A DNA stretch of 64,000 nucleotides from Candidatus Dojkabacteria bacterium (GTDB lineage: Bacteria > Patescibacteriota > Dojkabacteria > SC72), in NCBI GenBank assembly GCA_040767225.1, contig JAXGOY010000004.1:6180-70179 (forward strand), written 5' to 3'. The notes under the pieces are model-generated. The model did not search any database, was not told where the DNA came from, and worked only from the letters and a program-made list of their open reading frames with translations. This document shows, in pieces, positions 60,743 to 64,000 of this stretch. Numbering within the stretch: position 1 is the first letter of the stretch; every line of letters starts with the position of its first letter. Position numbers and translations under genes: made by a program.

Positions 60743-61645
60743 TTAATACTGCATATAGATTAAAGTTTTCTCTTTATTTGCTTCTCCTCTATCACCTAAT
60801 AATTCCATTATTTTACTTCTCATTTGATATTGAAAATAGAAGGATGAAGTTACATTTTGTACAAACCAATTAATAAAACCTTTATCTCTTAATACAGGAA
60901 TCATTCCATCTGAGAATAAGAGAATATAATCATTTTTCTTTAATTTAACAGAGTGTGTTTGAATAAATTCCTCTGCTTCTTTTTCTCCTGTAAAACAGCC
61001 CCATCCTACAAGATTACCTTCTTCATCAAGAGCATTTTTATTGTTTCTAAGGTAATTACACCAGCAGGGTTCCCATTGATTTTCTTTTTTTAATTTATTA
61101 ATCAATTCTTTAGGAATATAATCTTTTAATTTATCCTCAATAGAGAGTTTGTCTATATATTTACTAGCTTTAACTATCTGATAGTTCCATTTCGCAATAT
61201 TCTCTAAGTTTTTTCCTCGAAGTACATTAACATAGCAGTCTTCTAAACCACCGTAATACAATGTATGATCTTTGATTAAAGCACCAATGCCGACTGTTTC
61301 TGCTAAATCATAATTTAATGGGTCATTAAACTTTTTACCCAGTTGGATATTTAATTTTTTTATATCCTCATTAGATTTAATTAGTACATCTTTCAATGTT
61401 TTTAAAGAAAAGTCTTCTGAAGATAATTGAGTTTTACAGTGCTTAATAAAGCTTTCACAAAATGTACTTGCAGCTTCATAGCCATAATCATCAAATGGAT
61501 ACTGTTTTGTGTCGCGAATTAAACAACGGAGAGGAGAATCTGCTACTGCAAAGATTTTTAAATCATGATCTATACTCCATGCATCTCCTGTCTTTGTAAA
61601 AGAGGCTTTCCCAGAAGCATTCTCATGGTAAACAAAAGTTTTCAT
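60743..61645 (-). CDS. Hypothetical protein (weak PP2C-like motifs)
   Basis: 300 aa; IFAVADSP and ILLFSDGMIPVL are faintly like PPM phosphatase motifs. Confidence 0.4.
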   Translation of the reverse strand: MKTFVYHENASGKASFTKTGDAWSIDHDLKIFAVADSPLRCLIRDTKQYPFDDYGYEAASTFCESFIKHCKTQLSSEDFSLKTLKDVLIKSNEDIKKLNIQLGKKFNDPLNYDLAETVGIGALIKDHTLYYGGLEDCYVNVLRGKNLENIAKWNYQIVKASKYIDKLSIEDKLKDYIPKELINKLKKENQWEPCWCNYLRNNKNALDEEGNLVGWGCFTGEKEAEEFIQTHSVKLKKNDYILLFSDGMIPVLRDKGFINWFVQNVTSSFYFQYQMRSKIMELLGDRGEANKEKTLIYMQY

Positions 61646-61880
61646 ATGTTATTCTATCATAAAAGTATTTTAGCTTCGAACCAAAAGATCTTAAAAATAT
61701 CTCTTCTCCTATCTCCTCATTAAACCCAGAGAAAGTCATTCCCCCAACAAATATGATAGGGTAGTAATCATTGCTATCAGAAACTCCCTCACTTTTTGAA
61801 ACATTTCCTTTATATGCATTTAACTGTGTCCCAAAATCTGTATCAGTAGTAAGATGTTTTATATATTCGATATTGTTCAA
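61623..61880 (-). pseudogene. Duplicated fragment of the glutaredoxin-like C-terminus of gene 63006-64000
   Basis: About 90% nucleotide identity between 61650-61870 and 63010-63215. Encodes EYIKHLTTDTDFGTQLNAYKGNVSKSEGVSDS..YYPIIFVGG..FSGFNEEIGEEI. Confidence 0.55.
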
Positions 61881-62061
61881 ACCGATTAAACTGTGGGAAA
61901 GTGAGAAATTGGCTTTAAAGATATTGAATAAAAAGGTGAATGAGGGACAAAAGAGAATAATTGTGTCTTTATTAAATATCCAGATATAGAGGGATGATAT
62001 TGATTGACAAAGTATTATTATCTTGTGATAATTGAAGAATTAATTTCAAAATATTATTTCT

Positions 62062-62637
62062 ATGTTTAGAAAAATAGCGAGTATGTCAGCAGTAGTTATT
62101 TTATTGCTCCTTTCATTTAATACATATTCTCAAGCTAGGGAGAGAAGTATGTTAGCTCAAACTTTTACAGAAGAGGAGGTAAATCAACAAATGGAAGAGA
62201 CCACGATATTCTTTGAAGAGGCTCAAGAGGAAATCCAGGAGAATTTAGATACAATTATTGAAGAGCAACAGCAAGAAGAAACTTCTGATACTTTTGAAGA
62301 GCAAGAAGAGATAGTTCGTGATTTTTTTGAAGAAACAGAGGAAGAAATTGATGAGCAAAGAAACTTGATTGAAAGGATGTCAGCAGGTATATTTCTTGGA
62401 GCTACATCGGTAATTGTTTTGATAGGACTGTACTTATTGGCCGGAATAATAGTAAATGTTGTAATGCTTATGGATTGTTTAAAGAGGGATTTTAAGGACA
62501 GGACTATGTGGATTATTATTCTAGTAGTAGGGACATTACTAGGATTTGGTGCAATTCCCGGAGTACTGTATTACTTTCTCGTTAAAAAGAAATTAGAAAC
62601 TGGAGAGAAGGAAGAGAAGGAAGAGAAGGAAGAATAG
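62062..62637 (+). CDS. Secreted/membrane protein with PLDc_N-like domain (paralog of 38265-38762)
   Basis: Signal peptide, acidic E/Q-rich region, VMLMDCLKRDFKDRTMWIIILVVGTLLGFGAIPGVLYYF, C-terminal EKEEKEEKEE. Confidence 0.6.
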   Translation: MFRKIASMSAVVILLLLSFNTYSQARERSMLAQTFTEEEVNQQMEETTIFFEEAQEEIQENLDTIIEEQQQEETSDTFEEQEEIVRDFFEETEEEIDEQRNLIERMSAGIFLGATSVIVLIGLYLLAGIIVNVVMLMDCLKRDFKDRTMWIIILVVGTLLGFGAIPGVLYYFLVKKKLETGEKEEKEEKEE

Positions 62638-62906
62638 GTATTAAATTGAATGAATGAATATGAAGGGACTCATAAAGAGTCCCTTTTTAATATTTCTATT
62701 TTAAAAATTTCCTTAAAGGTAAATGCCATCCGTGGGTTATAACTTACTCTCTTAATTTCAACTATTTTAACAATATCAAGAGAAGGCTTTGCCAGCGAGC
62801 CAGTTACTACTGTAGGTCTAAAGTCATCGTTATGTTTGTACTGTGATTACTAGGTTCTAATGCTCTGTTTGTTCAGTTTAATATGTCTGCTCCTACTGTA
62901 ATTGAG

Positions 62907-62971
62907 GAGGGTGTGAATTAGAAGATTAAAGTGTTCTTTTTGGAACAACTCAATAATGGCAGGGGATATGG
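62907..62971 (+). repeat. About 65 bp direct repeat, copy 2
   Basis: See 57974-58040. Confidence 0.6.
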
Positions 62972-63005
62972 AGTAATATCTGAAAATACGATATTTCTAA
63001 TAAAA

Positions 63006-64000
63006 TTATTCCAGAATCTTTAATATCTCTTCTCCAATCTCCTCATTAAATCCAGAGAAAGCCCTTCCCCCAACAAATATGATAGGGTAGTAACCATAGC
63101 TATCAGAGACTCCCTCACTTTTTGAAATATTCCCTTTATATGCATTTAACTGTGTTCCAAAATCTGTATCAGTAGTAAGATGTTCTACATATTCGATATT
63201 GTTCTCCTTGAAGAAATTAATCATCTCTAAGCACATAGGGCCAGTATTGTTATGGAATACGACTACCTCCTTATCGGTTATACTAGTTGTAATATTAGAT
63301 TCACCCTCATTTAAATCTTCTACCTTACATGGATTAGTAACATTTGGCTCCTCTTCATATGGTATTGCAGGTCTAATCTTCTCTGGAGTATATGGAGCGT
63401 TCTTGTTTACTGGAATTTGCCACATAGGCATAACTTTGTCTACACTTCCCAGAGTATCTAAATCTACCCAATCAACTTCGTAGTTATCCCAGAATCTGTG
63501 CCACATATTATTCCATCTCTCTTTTAGCCCACCAATATATGTATGAGATACCGCCATGAACTTCTCATTTAGGATTGCTCTTTTGTATTGAGACTCCATA
63601 TCCTCTGGAGAGCCATTTCTTTCATAGAAACTGTAATCGCAAAAACTTCCATATTTAAATTCAGGTACATCAATGTTTGATACAGATATTATTTTTACAT
63701 TGTATTCTTCTGGTTTGTATATTGTTGTTGCTAGTTCTGTAGTTCCCCTTGCAGTTATGTATTCAATCCCTAAAGCTTCAGCTACTTTTACAGTATTCTC
63801 ATCAGAGGCCATGTATCTAGAACTGATAACTCGTGGAGTTACACCAAGATATGTTTGTGCATTTTCAATCATGTTAGAAATAATTTCATATTGCTCATCA
63901 TATGGCATTCCCCAGAATGGTTCGAAATCATATGATGGAGCCAGCTCTACAACACCTGTCTTTAATATCTCTTTGAGAACCTCTGCATGTTTCTCTATGA
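63006..64000 (-). CDS. Partial CDS (runs off the window end) with C-terminal glutaredoxin-like domain
   Basis: The frame is open from 63006 to the window edge. C-terminus VVVFHNNTGPMCLEMINFFKENNIEY...YPIIFVGGRAFSGFNEEIGEEI has a thioredoxin-fold pattern. Confidence 0.55.
   Translation of the reverse strand, partial: IEKHAEVLKEILKTGVVELAPSYDFEPFWGMPYDEQYEIISNMIENAQTYLGVTPRVISSRYMASDENTVKVAEALGIEYITARGTTELATTIYKPEEYNVKIISVSNIDVPEFKYGSFCDYSFYERNGSPEDMESQYKRAILNEKFMAVSHTYIGGLKERWNNMWHRFWDNYEVDWVDLDTLGSVDKVMPMWQIPVNKNAPYTPEKIRPAIPYEEEPNVTNPCKVEDLNEGESNITTSITDKEVVVFHNNTGPMCLEMINFFKENNIEYVEHLTTDTDFGTQLNAYKGNISKSEGVSDSYGYYPIIFVGGRAFSGFNEEIGEEILKILE

Overview
This is an AT-rich (roughly one-third GC) bacterial window with compact, mostly co-directional genes. 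Housekeeping genes: secA (C-terminal Zn finger), recO, clpC, trpS, ndk, a family-4 uracil-DNA glycosylase, tRNA-Lys(CTT), an Elp3-like radical-SAM/GNAT enzyme, an Hsp20 and a rubredoxin. Rubredoxin plus Elp3 suggests an anaerobe, possibly a small-genome candidate-phyla-radiation (CPR)-like lineage; this is unproven. Envelope and glycan content is large: three GT1 and one GT2 glycosyltransferases, a Wzx flippase, an M23 peptidase, an SLT lytic transglycosylase, two very large fibronectin-III-rich surface proteins, two MsbA-like ABC exporters (one broken) and two MacB/FtsX-type ABC systems. The main feature is a complete diversity-generating retroelement (DGR) at 38.8-41.6 kb. It has a secreted DUF1566/C-type-lectin-fold target gene with a 3' variable repeat (VR), a template repeat (TR) exactly 400 bp downstream that differs from VR only at TR adenines (15 A-to-N positions), an Avd four-helix-bundle gene and a convergent reverse transcriptase with the DGR-specific IGNLTSQ motif. 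Accessory content includes a roughly 5 kb island bounded by 65 bp direct repeats that carries an AbiEi/AbiEii pair, a VapBC-like PIN pair, a duplicated two-gene cassette with a decayed copy next to the DGR RT, and several segmental duplications. Many genes are interrupted by frameshifts consistent with 1 nt indels, several in homopolymer runs. These could be pseudogenes or homopolymer sequencing errors; sequence alone cannot decide.
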